A DNA stretch of 57,437 nt from positions 1 through 57,437 of the forward strand of contig CAZBTX010000005.1 of assembly GCA_964494945.1 (NCBI GenBank), given 5' to 3'. Below, piece by piece: positions 9,129 through 18,805 of the stretch; position 1 is the stretch's first letter; each line of letters opens with the position of its first letter. The notes under the pieces are model-generated. The model made no database searches. It was not told where the DNA came from and saw nothing but the letters and a program-made list of their open reading frames with translations. Both the position numbers and the translations under genes were made by a program. This DNA is from an uncultured Candidatus Saccharibacteria bacterium (lineage in GTDB: Bacteria > Patescibacteriota > Minisyncoccia > Sungbacterales > JACQCQ01).

Positions 9129-10386
9129 TCTCAACTTTCTCGTCGTTGGAGCGGGCGACAGTTACATATTTCCGCCAGATAGCCAGGGCAGAAGCCAGCG
9201 GAAGAATAAAAACAAGATATCGCAACTCCACCAAGAGTTTTAATCCCCAGGCGATAACGCCCGAGGCGCGGATGTAAATCAGGTCGGCAATGGCGTATTT
9301 TCTGCCGACCGCCAGAATGAACGGGTATTTTTTCCAGGGACGAAACGTCTCTTTTTTGCTTTGATTGATATCGGCAAGTACATTTTTGGCGGCTACCCGG
9401 GCTTCGGCTTCCGCAATGGGTACGTTCCAGGGCAGTGGTTTCCCTGTATCGGAATTTACGAACATGGCGTTATCGCCGATGGCGTATATTCGTGGCTCAA
9501 CTTCTAGAAACTCGTTTACGGGAACGGAGTTTTTGGGAGAAAGTGTTAACCCCATGGTGGTCAAAACGCTCGCGGCCTTAACGCCACCAGCCCAAATGAG
9601 AATATCGTAAGATAGGGAAGTATTATCTTTTAAGGTAATCTTGTCTTTGGATACGGCAGTAATCAGCGCCCCGGTCTTTATGGTAACGCCGATATTCGCC
9701 AGGCGCTCGCGCGCTTTTTTTACGACCCACGCGTCAAATCCTCCCAGAATTTCCGGTGAGCCCTCCAGGAGCATTATCTGCATGCGGCATACCTTACCCA
9801 CATGATACTGGACTCTTAAAGAGCAAATGAAGTTTTCCAGTTCGGCCGCGACTTCAACCCCCGAAGCGCCCGCGCCCGCTATGGCGATGCGGATGGGGGA
9901 TTTTTCCGATTCAATCGCCATTTGAATGCGGTCTCTTAAGCGCACTGCGTCATTAAAAGTTTTTAACGGGAAGCTGTACTCTTTGGCGCCCGGTGTTTCA
10001 AAATAGTTCGTTTCCGAGCCCAGCGCCAATATCAAATACTCATAGTTCAGCGCTTTGCCGTTCTCTAAAGTTAGCGTTCTGGTTTGGCGGTCAATATTTA
10101 CAATGGCGTTTTCTTTCCATTTGACATGAGTATTATGGAAAATGTCGGTTAAGGGGATAGTAATGGAAGATTTAACGTACTGGAGACCGTGCCCGCCTCG
10201 GGGTATGGCCGCGATCTCGTAAAGAGCCGGAGTATAAAGATGCGAATGGCTGTTATTTACCAGCACAATGGAGTATGTGTTGCGAAGATCCAGGGATCTT
10301 TTAAAAGCCCGGTTTAGATGCAAAGCGGCGGTTATGCCGCCGAATCCTCCTCCCGCTATAATTATGTTTTTTCTTTCAGCTTTCAT
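9094..10386 (-). CDS. ndh: Type II NADH dehydrogenase-like FAD oxidoreductase
   Basis: GGGFGG, LALGS, AGAGASGVEVAAE, IWAGG and YAIGD motifs; the quinone-site AQxAxQ is degenerate (VPIAEAE). Confidence 0.8.
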   Translation of the reverse strand: MKAERKNIIIAGGGFGGITAALHLNRAFKRSLDLRNTYSIVLVNNSHSHLYTPALYEIAAIPRGGHGLQYVKSSITIPLTDIFHNTHVKWKENAIVNIDRQTRTLTLENGKALNYEYLILALGSETNYFETPGAKEYSFPLKTFNDAVRLRDRIQMAIESEKSPIRIAIAGAGASGVEVAAELENFICSLRVQYHVGKVCRMQIMLLEGSPEILGGFDAWVVKKARERLANIGVTIKTGALITAVSKDKITLKDNTSLSYDILIWAGGVKAASVLTTMGLTLSPKNSVPVNEFLEVEPRIYAIGDNAMFVNSDTGKPLPWNVPIAEAEARVAAKNVLADINQSKKETFRPWKKYPFILAVGRKYAIADLIYIRASGVIAWGLKLLVELRYLVFILPLASALAIWRKYVTVARSNDEKVEIIGAHTDQEVE

Positions 10387-10519
10387 GACGCTTTCGTAGG
10401 CATTATACAGGGTAGTGAAACTTCGGCAATATGCTGCACCCCTGATTCTGCTTTCAGCAGAATCAGCCGAAGTTCTACTACCCCGTATACCAATATCGGG
10501 CTACAATAAGAATTGTAGT

Positions 10520-11671
10520 ATGAAGCTAAAAAGTGTCAGGAGCGTCAAAAATTTCAATGGTTCCCGTGTGATTGTCCGGGTTGATTTCAATGAGCCCCTT
10601 GATACTCGGGGCCGGATCTTGGACGATTTTCGTATTCAACATACTCTGCCGACTCTTAAGTGGATATTGGGTCATAACGGCAAAGTTTTTATAATTACTC
10701 ATTTAGGCCAACCAAAGGGCCGAGATATGCGTCTTTCCGTTAGCCCCGTAGCGCGACACCTTGCCAAACTTCTAAAGCGCGATGTCGGCGTGGTTGGCGA
10801 CCCCATAAAGCAAAATCCCTGGTCTTTTAAGGAAGCCGTGATTATTTGCGAGAACATTCGTTTTTGGCCGGGCGAGTTAAAGAACAGTGCCGGATTCGCC
10901 AAGGCCTTAGCTAAGTGGGGGGGGTTCTATGTCAATGATGCTTTTGCTGAATCTCATCGGCTGGCCGCTTCCATCGTTGGTTTGCCCAAAGTTTTGCCTT
11001 CTTTTGCAGGGATACTTTTGGAACACGAGGTTAAAACTCTCAACAGGATATTCCGAAAACCGAAACGACCGTTTTTAGTGATCGTGGGCGGCGCCAAAAT
11101 CTCAACCAAGATGGAATATCTTAAAGCGTTTGTAAAAAAAGCCGACCAGGTTGCCATCGGCGGAGCTCTGTTCAATACAATATTGGCCGCCCAGGATCAT
11201 GAAATCGGCAGGTCTCTCATTGAAAAGGGGTCTGTGTCCGAAGCCCGCCGGCTTGGGAAGCATAAAAAGTTATTGCTGCCGGAAGATGTTTGCGTTATTA
11301 GGCGGTTGGGGGACGGGATGCGCCCCGCGGTGCGTGCTATAGGCGCCATTGGGCCAAACGATTATATCTGTGATATCGGGCCGCGGTCAGTCGCGGCATT
11401 TTCCAGAGCCGTTAAGAGCGCTAAGACCATTCTTTGGAACGGACCTCTGGGATATATGGAAATGCACTATTGTCGCCGCGGTACGGTGTCGGTCGCCAGA
11501 TCGCTTAAAAAAACGCGGGCGCGGGTTGTGGTGGGCGGCGGGGATTTAGTGGCGCTTTTTGATACCGAACGCATCCTAGTGAGACGGGTATATTTTTCTA
11601 CCGGCGGGGGAGCGCTGCTTGAATTTGTGACTAAGGGTACATTGCCGGGGATAAAAGCATTGAGAAGGTAA
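10520..11671 (+). CDS. pgk: Phosphoglycerate kinase
   Basis: RVDFNEP, THLGQP, ENIRF, VNDAF, GGAKISTK, WNGPLG and STGGGALLE motifs; start at ATG 10520. Confidence 0.96.
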   Translation: MKLKSVRSVKNFNGSRVIVRVDFNEPLDTRGRILDDFRIQHTLPTLKWILGHNGKVFIITHLGQPKGRDMRLSVSPVARHLAKLLKRDVGVVGDPIKQNPWSFKEAVIICENIRFWPGELKNSAGFAKALAKWGGFYVNDAFAESHRLAASIVGLPKVLPSFAGILLEHEVKTLNRIFRKPKRPFLVIVGGAKISTKMEYLKAFVKKADQVAIGGALFNTILAAQDHEIGRSLIEKGSVSEARRLGKHKKLLLPEDVCVIRRLGDGMRPAVRAIGAIGPNDYICDIGPRSVAAFSRAVKSAKTILWNGPLGYMEMHYCRRGTVSVARSLKKTRARVVVGGGDLVALFDTERILVRRVYFSTGGGALLEFVTKGTLPGIKALRR

Positions 11672-11770
11672 TTCAAAAGTCAAAATTCAAAATGCAAAAC
11701 TTCAACTCAAAATTCAAAAGTTTTAATTTTTTAGTTGCAATTTTAACTTTTGCCTTTTGAGTTTTGAATT
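11670..11770. repeat. Heptamer-periodic imperfect hairpin (TCAAAAT-type repeats followed by reverse-complement repeats)
   Basis: AATTCAAAAGTCAAAATTCAAAATGCAAAAC...TTTTAACTTTTGCCTTTTGAGTTTTGAATT. Confidence 0.85.
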
Positions 11771-11778
11771 CTTAATAT

Positions 11779-12585
11779 ATGCGCTACGACGGTGCCGGAC
11801 ACTTCAAATCAGTATGCGGATATACAATAGAGGGAATTTGGTATCCCCGAGTGACTAAAATTCTGGACATTAAATCCAAACCCGCGCTGGATAAATTTTT
11901 CCAGGAGATGGGCTCATACGATTCGGCCGAGGCCGTGAAGAATAAATCCGCCGAGGAAGGGTCTTTGGTGCATGAAGTGGCGCAGAAACTATTAACGGGA
12001 GAAGATATTGCCATTCCGCCGGAAATGGAGCCCGCCATTAAAAAACTTCTGGAGTTCAACGAGGAACGGAAAATGGCGTTTTATCCCGAGTTCGTGGAGC
12101 GCCAAGTTTGGTCCAGAACGCACCGCTACGCGGGGACGGTGGATGCCTTGGCGGTGATTGACGGAAAGTTCGGCGTTCTGGACATCAAAACCTCACCCGG
12201 CTTTTATCCGGAATACAATCTGCAAACGGCCGCCTATATGTCGGCTTTGCAAGAATACGAAATAAAGAAAGTACTGGGCCTTACGAGACCCATAGAAACC
12301 CGCTGGATATTAAGAATTAACCAGCATAGCATTTGCGCCCGATGTGGCGCTAAACTCCGTGAAAAGGGCGGAAGGTCAAAAATCAGGAACGGCAAGTCAA
12401 ACGGCGTAAAACCCTGCCTTGAGGCCGAGCACGAGTGGGAGAGCCCTGAAGGTGACATTGAATTAAAAGAGTTCCCTTATTACTATAAAGACGCAAAAGC
12501 ATTCTTGGCGGCTAAAACTCTTTGGGAATGGGAGAACGATTATTGGTTGAGGCAAATAGGTTATCTTAAGAACGGTTATGCCTAA
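11779..12585 (+). CDS. PD-(D/E)XK (RecB/Cas4-like) nuclease with Cys/His insert
   Basis: YAGTVDAL...VLDIKTS...YNLQTAAY motifs; CARC...CLEAEH insert. Confidence 0.85.
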   Translation: MRYDGAGHFKSVCGYTIEGIWYPRVTKILDIKSKPALDKFFQEMGSYDSAEAVKNKSAEEGSLVHEVAQKLLTGEDIAIPPEMEPAIKKLLEFNEERKMAFYPEFVERQVWSRTHRYAGTVDALAVIDGKFGVLDIKTSPGFYPEYNLQTAAYMSALQEYEIKKVLGLTRPIETRWILRINQHSICARCGAKLREKGGRSKIRNGKSNGVKPCLEAEHEWESPEGDIELKEFPYYYKDAKAFLAAKTLWEWENDYWLRQIGYLKNGYA

Positions 12586-13027
12586 AGCCGTTGGAGAAAA
12601 TTTGATTGTCTATACCGACGGCGGGTCCAGGGGCAATCCCGGGCCAGCGGCTTTGGGTGTCTACATCACCGACCACTTGGGGCACCCCATAAAGTCATAC
12701 AGCGAAGCGCTGGGTACAAAAACCAACAATGAAGCCGAGTACAGCGCCGTCATTTTCGCCTTAAAAAAGCTGAAGGCCCTGGTCGGCAAAGAACGGACGA
12801 AGGAGATGAAAGTGGACATGCGGAGCGACTCGGAGCTACTCGTCCGGCAGTTGAACCACCACTATAAAATCGAAAACAAGAAAATCATTCCGCTTTTCAT
12901 TGAAATTTGGAATCTTATGATAGATTTCGGCTCGGTGACATTTACTCACGTAATGCGCGAACGGAACCGCGCGGCTGACAAATTGGTGAACCAAGCGCTG
13001 GATAAGGAATCCAAGCCGTTATTTTGA
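12578..13027 (+). CDS. rnhA: Ribonuclease HI
   Basis: YTDGGSRGNPGPAA, TNNEAEY, SDSELLVRQ and HVMRERNRAADKLVN motifs. Confidence 0.93.
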   Translation: MPKAVGENLIVYTDGGSRGNPGPAALGVYITDHLGHPIKSYSEALGTKTNNEAEYSAVIFALKKLKALVGKERTKEMKVDMRSDSELLVRQLNHHYKIENKKIIPLFIEIWNLMIDFGSVTFTHVMRERNRAADKLVNQALDKESKPLF

Positions 13028-13608
13028 TGAAGCGTGTTTTTATTGTTCATGGCTGGGGAGGGGATCCAAATGAGGGATGGTTTTCTTGGTTAGCAAATGA
13101 ATTGGAACAACGCGGTTTTATTGTTCAAGTTCCCACCATGCCGGATACGGATACCCCCGTTATAGAAAAGTGGGTTAGTCATCTTGCGCATTTAGTGGGA
13201 GAGCCGGACGAGAGTACCTATTTGGTTGGCCACAGCATCGGCTGTCAAGCGATCATGCGTTATACAGAAACACTGGATAATAAAATCGGCGGGGCGTTGT
13301 TCGTTGCCGGTTGGTTCCATCTCACCGCCGATTCGTATGAAAAGGAAGGAGATGAGGAGATTGCTAAACCTTGGATTGAAACATCCATAGATTTTCCAAA
13401 AGTGAGAAGTTCCGCCAATGATTTTGCAGCCATTTTTTCCGATGATGATCCATTTGTTCCACTAGGCGATGAGGAACTTTTTAAAGAAAGGTTAGGAGCG
13501 TCCACCATCGTTCTTTCTAAAAGAGGACACTTCAGCGGCAGCGATGGTATCACGAAATTACCCGAGGCACTTGAGGCGTTGCTTAGAATGTCACGAGACC
13601 GCGTTTAG
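13027..13608 (+). CDS. RBBP9/YdeN family alpha/beta hydrolase
   Basis: VHGWGG, GHSIG nucleophile elbow, SDDDPFVP and GHF motifs. Confidence 0.9.
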   Translation: MKRVFIVHGWGGDPNEGWFSWLANELEQRGFIVQVPTMPDTDTPVIEKWVSHLAHLVGEPDESTYLVGHSIGCQAIMRYTETLDNKIGGALFVAGWFHLTADSYEKEGDEEIAKPWIETSIDFPKVRSSANDFAAIFSDDDPFVPLGDEELFKERLGASTIVLSKRGHFSGSDGITKLPEALEALLRMSRDRV

Positions 13609-13620
13609 AAATCTCTAAAT

Positions 13621-13651
13621 CAAAATCCCCGCTTTTAGGGCGGGGATTTTG
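13621..13651. terminator. Bidirectional intrinsic terminator between the hydrolase gene and rnpB
   Basis: CAAAATCCCCGC-TTTTAGG-GCGGGGATTTTG hairpin. Confidence 0.8.
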
Positions 13652-13659
13652 ACGTTTGC

Positions 13660-14174
13660 TTTCACATCCGTAAGCCGAATTCTGTTGTCACCGTGCCTCG
13701 CTACCGCTCGGCACTCAGCAACATGGGGCAAGCGACATGCGACATGGCAGTTACGCTAAAAGCGAACAGTACCTTGTCCCTTGTCGCTTGTTGCTTGTCA
13801 CTCGTGCTGAACAATAGTGAGGCACGATGCGTGGCCATCTGTCTTGGCGTACGATTGCTCGCACGCTCCAGCGGACTACTTGTCTTAGGGCGAGTTTGGA
13901 CCTCGCACTAGTTTGTCCTTGCACCAGATAGGGTTTTCCACCCGTGTATGTTGCCAAACACGGAAGTCGCGTTCGACGCGACACTTTTCACCTTTGGTCG
14001 TGACATTATTGTGGCGGTCACAACTAGTATAGTCTCTGTGGCACTTATCCCGCCAGCGCGCTCCGCGCGCAGCGTACAGCGGTTAGCGGACAGCGGATAG
14101 TCAAAACTATACGCTACGCGCCATACGCTATGCGCTAGGTGCGAAGCACACCGGGCGGCCATCTCGATGTAAAA
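13660..14174 (-). ncRNA. rnpB: RNase P RNA (type A-like) with expanded P3/P19 and no CR-I/P4 5' strand
   Basis: Minus strand shows P1 (uuuacauc/gaugugaa), P2 (UGGCC/GGCCA), CR-II AGUGCCACAGAGA, CR-III AGGUGAAA, GGUGCAAGGACAAA, P18 with GCAA loop, CR-IV AGACAGAUGGCC and CR-V ACAGAAUUCGGCUUAC. Confidence 0.9.
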
Positions 14175-14183
14175 GACCCTCTT

Positions 14184-14212
14184 ATTATATAGTATTGACT
14201 TTAGTTTGGCAA
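14184..14212 (-). promoter_or_regulatory. sigma70 promoter of rnpB
   Basis: TTGCCA-17 bp-TATAAT on the minus strand, about 10 nt upstream of P1. Confidence 0.85.
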
Positions 14213-14243
14213 TAGGTTAGCTACGTTCTCAAAGCCAGTTTGA

Positions 14244-14366
14244 CCCCGTTAGAGGTCCGATTTGCCTGCAAATTGGCGGCAATCTTAAGTCGGTTTTCTG
14301 ATAAAATGGCGTTTAGCCATGCTAAGGGTATTATGGCACTAAAGCGATTGCCTACCCCTAACGGGG
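14244..14366. repeat. CCCCGTTAG...CTAACGGGG element
   Basis: TTGACCCCGTTAGAGG at the left end and CCCCTAACGGGGTTTGAC at the right end. Confidence 0.85.
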
Positions 14367-14448
14367 TTTGACGCATGTCTTTATTCTAAACTAAGATGAG
14401 TGTACTATTAGTCAGGCGTAACACTATAACTTCTTAAATTACTGCATC

Positions 14449-16995
14449 ATGGCGATTGATTTACTATCATGGGTGGGTAGGTTTAGAGCGATGAGTCAGC
14501 CGCCGCAAGGCGTTGAGACATCGGAAGAGGCCGTGATAATGGGGGATACTAATTGGAGGCGCGTAGCGCGCTTTGCGCTTTACGCCATTGCGTTTTTGAC
14601 GCCGCTTCTCTTTTCCACACTGACACTTCCCCCCACACTGATAAAACAAGCGGCCGTATCGGTTTTGGCCTTGATTGCTTTTATCGCCTGGCTGGGAGAG
14701 TTGCTGCTTACCGGCAGGATCTATTACAAGCGCTCCCTGATCAACGCGTTTTTATTGTTGCTGCTTTTTGTGCTTTTTCTCTCAACGCTGTTTTCTCCCC
14801 AGGCCTTGAAGGGCCTCTGGGGTATGGACCTGGCCGGAGAGCGTTTCATCAGTTTCCTGGTATTAGGTATTATTGTTTTTATTGCCGGAGGGGTGTTGCG
14901 TAAACCAGAAGAGTCCAAGCGCTTGACCATGGCTTTGCTTTGGGGGGGATTTTTGCTTTCAATATTGACACTCCTTCAACTTTTTGCTCCCCAAACCATC
15001 ACGCTGGAGGCCTTGTCGCGCATTGATTTAAATACTGTCGGCACCATCAATGCTCTAGCATCGCTGCTCGGCCTTTTTTTCGTGCTGACTCTGGCACTAT
15101 TAACCACGGGCAATAAGGATTTCTTCCCGAAGCGCGTAAGGATAGTGTTATATGCGGCCCTGGTTACTTTCCTGGTAAATTTAATAGTCATTAATTTCCA
15201 ACCAATTTGGATCGGGATAATCGTTGCCGTCGTCATAATCCTGGCCTTTAAGTTCCGTTTGCTGCATCAGGGGTTGCGCGTGGCGGGCGAGCCGACGTTA
15301 AGAGACGGCCGCGCGGCACCACTTTTTCTGATACTGGCGCTGGTAACGTTTTTCTTTCTTTCCGGCACCACGCTCGTGAGATTTATCTCCATCTCTCCGG
15401 AAATATCCCCATCTTATAAAGCTACTATGGATATCGCCGCGAAGGTCTTAAATAAGTCGCCGCTTTTGGGATCTGGCCCCGGCACTTTTGGTATTGATTA
15501 CAGCATGTATCGCGACGTTTCCATCAATAAAACAAACTTCTGGGGCGTCAGGTTCAATAACGGCAACGCTTTTGTCCCGACGATCTTAGCCACCACGGGG
15601 GTTCTAGGCGCGTTGGCACTTATCGGTTTTATGCTTGTCGCGACCTTTTCGCTTCTGCGCCAGATAGCCAAGACAACCGCTGACGACCCGATTGTCTTGG
15701 GGGGCGCGGCAGCAACAATTTTCGGGTTCTTAATGTGGTGGCTTTACACTTCCACCCCGGCCTTCCAAGTGTCGCTATTTATGGTCATTGGGATTGTTGT
15801 TTCTCGTTTGAACGAAACGACCTCGGCCGGCGAAACAAGGTCGCGTTGGCGCATCTCCGAGCGTTCCATCAGTTTTACCGCTCCCTGGGTCACCTTTATT
15901 ACTTCGCTCGCCATAATCTTTTTTATGGTGGGCGGGATAACGCTTTTGTATCACACGGCCCAGCAATATTTGGCAGCTGTTGATTTCACCAGGGGCGTCA
16001 ACACTCTTTCCGTTAAGGGTGATGTCAATGAGGCCATTTCTAGGATAACCAACGCCACTGGCCTGGATAGCGACAATGATCAGTACTATCGGGCGCTGGC
16101 GCAAGCATTACTTGCTAGGATTCAGTCCATCGTCAATCAAGCGGCCACATCCCCGAGCCCGAATGTTCAGAATGATTTCCAAACGGCGGTTTCCGGCGCC
16201 ATTTCCGCGGCACAGCGCGCCACTCAAATCAATCCGAGCGACTCTTTGAATTGGGCAACGCTGGGATTTGTTTATCAATCCATTGTGCCCTTCATACAGG
16301 GTTCGGAGCAGTTCGCCGTTCAAGCGTACGACATGGCCATCGCTAACGATCCTCAAAGCCCGTCCTACAATTTCAGTAAAGCCAATACCTACCTGGCTTT
16401 GGCTGATCGGGCTCAAGTATTGATTGACCAAGCCGGTCAAAATAAAGACCTAAGGGATGCGCTTTCCAAGCAGCGCGTGGACGCGATAGAGGCCGCGAGG
16501 TCAGCACTGGAAAAGTCAACCCAGTTAAAACCGGATTACGCCCAGGCCAATTATCTGCTGGCCCAGGTTCTGATTCGCCAGGGCAATATCGCTCGCGCCG
16601 TAGAAAAAGTTGAGGCCGTTCGCGCCTCCGCCCCCTTTGACATAGGCGTGGCGTTCCAACTGGGCGTCCTTTATTATCAATCCGGCCAATTCGACAAGGC
16701 CAAGGAGGAGTTCTTAAGAGCTCTGGGCTTGAACAACAATTACTCCAACGCCCGTTATTTCCTGGGGCTTATCTACGATAAAGAGGGTGACAAGCCGAGG
16801 GCTATAGCGGAATTTGAGCGCATTGAGATTTTAAACCCCGATAATCAAGAAGTAAAAACCATTTTGCAGAATCTTAAGGCCACTCGCCCCGCCCTTGCCA
16901 ACATTTCGCCGCCCGGGCCCAAACCTACAGAAAGAAAAGAGCCCCCGGTCAAGGATTCAGGCGGGCCGGCGACTGGCAGTCAAACCTTACCCTAG
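14449..16995 (+). CDS. Polytopic membrane protein, O-antigen-ligase-like region plus C-terminal TPR repeats
   Basis: About 12 TM segments; PLLGSGPGTF motif; TPR signatures (A..NLG..Y, NARYFLGLIY). Confidence 0.82.
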   Translation: MAIDLLSWVGRFRAMSQPPQGVETSEEAVIMGDTNWRRVARFALYAIAFLTPLLFSTLTLPPTLIKQAAVSVLALIAFIAWLGELLLTGRIYYKRSLINAFLLLLLFVLFLSTLFSPQALKGLWGMDLAGERFISFLVLGIIVFIAGGVLRKPEESKRLTMALLWGGFLLSILTLLQLFAPQTITLEALSRIDLNTVGTINALASLLGLFFVLTLALLTTGNKDFFPKRVRIVLYAALVTFLVNLIVINFQPIWIGIIVAVVIILAFKFRLLHQGLRVAGEPTLRDGRAAPLFLILALVTFFFLSGTTLVRFISISPEISPSYKATMDIAAKVLNKSPLLGSGPGTFGIDYSMYRDVSINKTNFWGVRFNNGNAFVPTILATTGVLGALALIGFMLVATFSLLRQIAKTTADDPIVLGGAAATIFGFLMWWLYTSTPAFQVSLFMVIGIVVSRLNETTSAGETRSRWRISERSISFTAPWVTFITSLAIIFFMVGGITLLYHTAQQYLAAVDFTRGVNTLSVKGDVNEAISRITNATGLDSDNDQYYRALAQALLARIQSIVNQAATSPSPNVQNDFQTAVSGAISAAQRATQINPSDSLNWATLGFVYQSIVPFIQGSEQFAVQAYDMAIANDPQSPSYNFSKANTYLALADRAQVLIDQAGQNKDLRDALSKQRVDAIEAARSALEKSTQLKPDYAQANYLLAQVLIRQGNIARAVEKVEAVRASAPFDIGVAFQLGVLYYQSGQFDKAKEEFLRALGLNNNYSNARYFLGLIYDKEGDKPRAIAEFERIEILNPDNQEVKTILQNLKATRPALANISPPGPKPTERKEPPVKDSGGPATGSQTLP

Positions 16996-17014
16996 ACGCT
17001 TATTTCACGGACGC

Positions 17015-18712
17015 ATGGTGCTTGGTCTATTGAAGAAAGAAATCCCGTCAATTCACGCAGCGGCCTTCCTCATCGGGGCCGCTGGGTTTTTGTCGCGAAT
17101 TTTAGGGCTTTTTAGGGACCGTTTGCTGGCCTCCGAGTTTGGCGCTTCCAGAACTCTGGATGTTTATTACGCTTCGTTTCAAATTCCCGATTTTCTTTTC
17201 ACCGTATTTTTGGTAGGGGCCGCTTCAGCCGCGATCCTTCCGACCTTCATTGGGTTTTGGCAGCAAGATAAAGTCAAGGCCAGATTATTTATTGGAGGGT
17301 TGCTCTCGGTATTTTCTTTGGGGGCCTTGATAATTTCTATAACGGTGGCGGTTTTTGCCCCCTTTTTGACGCGCTGGGTAGCGCCGGGATTTGACGAGGA
17401 TGGACAAGCACTTATGGTGCTTATGACCCGCATTATGATGCTCTCCCCAATATTTTTGGGAGTATCCAATATTTTTTCTTCAGTGGTTCAAGCCAATCGC
17501 CAATTCTTGGTTTTCGCGTTAACTTCCATTTTTTATAACTTGGGTATTATATTCGGCATTTTGGTTTTTGTGCCATGGTTGGGCCCTTCAGGACTCGCCC
17601 TGGGGGTGGTGTTGGGGGCATTTTTGCACATGGCCGTTCAGATCCCAGCTGTTTCTAAACTCAATTTTCGTCCCGTATTTCGGCACTGGCAAAAAATTCC
17701 CGGACTTAAAAATGTCTTAGTTTTGTCTTTGCCGCGCGTAGCGGCCCTGTCTTTGGCGCAGGTCATTATAATTGTGCTGGTGGGGCTTGGTTCTAAATTG
17801 ACGCCGGGGAGCGTGGCCGTCTTCCAATTCTCCAACAATCTGCGCTATTTGCCGATCGGTATCATTGGCGTTTCTTATGCCATGGCGGCTTTTTCTCAAT
17901 TGACTGAAGATGCGGTAAGGAAAATGGGCACTAATTTTTATACCAAGCTTTCAGCTGTTACCGAAACCATTCTTTTTTGGCTGGTGCCCATTGCCTTTTT
18001 CACGATTATCTTGCGTGCGCACATAGTCAGAATGGTTTTGGGGGCGGGGCTTTTTAATTGGGAAGACACCCGGCTAACTGCCGCGGCTCTAGCTATTTTT
18101 TCTTTGGCCATTATCGCGGAGGGCCTAAGTCCGCTTTTTTTAAGGTCTTTTTACGCTATCGGCAATACCAAGTTGCCGCTTTATATCTCTCTTTTTACCG
18201 CGACACTTGTCATAGGGTCAGCGCCCTTTTTTGTGGCTATGTTCACGACCGGACGCGCCTCCGGACACTTTATCGCCAATTTGATGAAAGTCGGTGATTT
18301 GCCGAATGTCGGGGTTTTGGGCTTGGCGATGGCGTTTACTCTGGGGAGCGTCGTTGACGCTATGCTCCTTCGCTTGGCACTATTCTCCGAGGCCAAGAAA
18401 TACTTCGGCAGCAGTTATACCAACGGTTTTGGGGTGGCTTTTGCGAAAATTATAGTGGCGGCCTTTTTGGCGTCGGTGCTGGGATACGGGACGCTTTACT
18501 TACTTTCTCCCCATATTTCGCTTTCAACTTTCTGGGGTGTCATGGGGCAGGCAACTATAACTTTTTTGGTATCAGCTTCTTTTTACGGAGCTCTTATGCA
18601 TGTTATGGGGAGCCAAGAAACGGAAGACATAATTAATCTATTCCGTCGTAAATTATTATCAAAAGAAATTGTGCCGTTGGAGCTTGACCACGAGCGCGAG
18701 TCGCTTAAGTAA
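17015..18712 (+). CDS. murJ: Lipid II flippase MurJ/MviN
   Basis: LSRILGLFRDRLLASEFGA, DVYYASFQIPD, LPIGIIGVS and LRSFYAIGNTK motifs; start at ATG 17015. Confidence 0.93.
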   Translation: MVLGLLKKEIPSIHAAAFLIGAAGFLSRILGLFRDRLLASEFGASRTLDVYYASFQIPDFLFTVFLVGAASAAILPTFIGFWQQDKVKARLFIGGLLSVFSLGALIISITVAVFAPFLTRWVAPGFDEDGQALMVLMTRIMMLSPIFLGVSNIFSSVVQANRQFLVFALTSIFYNLGIIFGILVFVPWLGPSGLALGVVLGAFLHMAVQIPAVSKLNFRPVFRHWQKIPGLKNVLVLSLPRVAALSLAQVIIIVLVGLGSKLTPGSVAVFQFSNNLRYLPIGIIGVSYAMAAFSQLTEDAVRKMGTNFYTKLSAVTETILFWLVPIAFFTIILRAHIVRMVLGAGLFNWEDTRLTAAALAIFSLAIIAEGLSPLFLRSFYAIGNTKLPLYISLFTATLVIGSAPFFVAMFTTGRASGHFIANLMKVGDLPNVGVLGLAMAFTLGSVVDAMLLRLALFSEAKKYFGSSYTNGFGVAFAKIIVAAFLASVLGYGTLYLLSPHISLSTFWGVMGQATITFLVSASFYGALMHVMGSQETEDIINLFRRKLLSKEIVPLELDHERESLK

Positions 18713-18805
18713 GTTTCATGCTCATCAGGAATTTGTTATCGTTTCATGGGAATACGCAATTTTGTTATTATTGCACAAATTGTTAGATTTCATTAGACTT
18801 ATTGG

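Noticed and set aside
16895-17014. N-terminal extension of MurJ (likewise the longer track starts for adk, map, pgk and alaS)
   Set aside because: These upstream starts overlap neighbouring genes or repeats; homology begins at downstream ATGs
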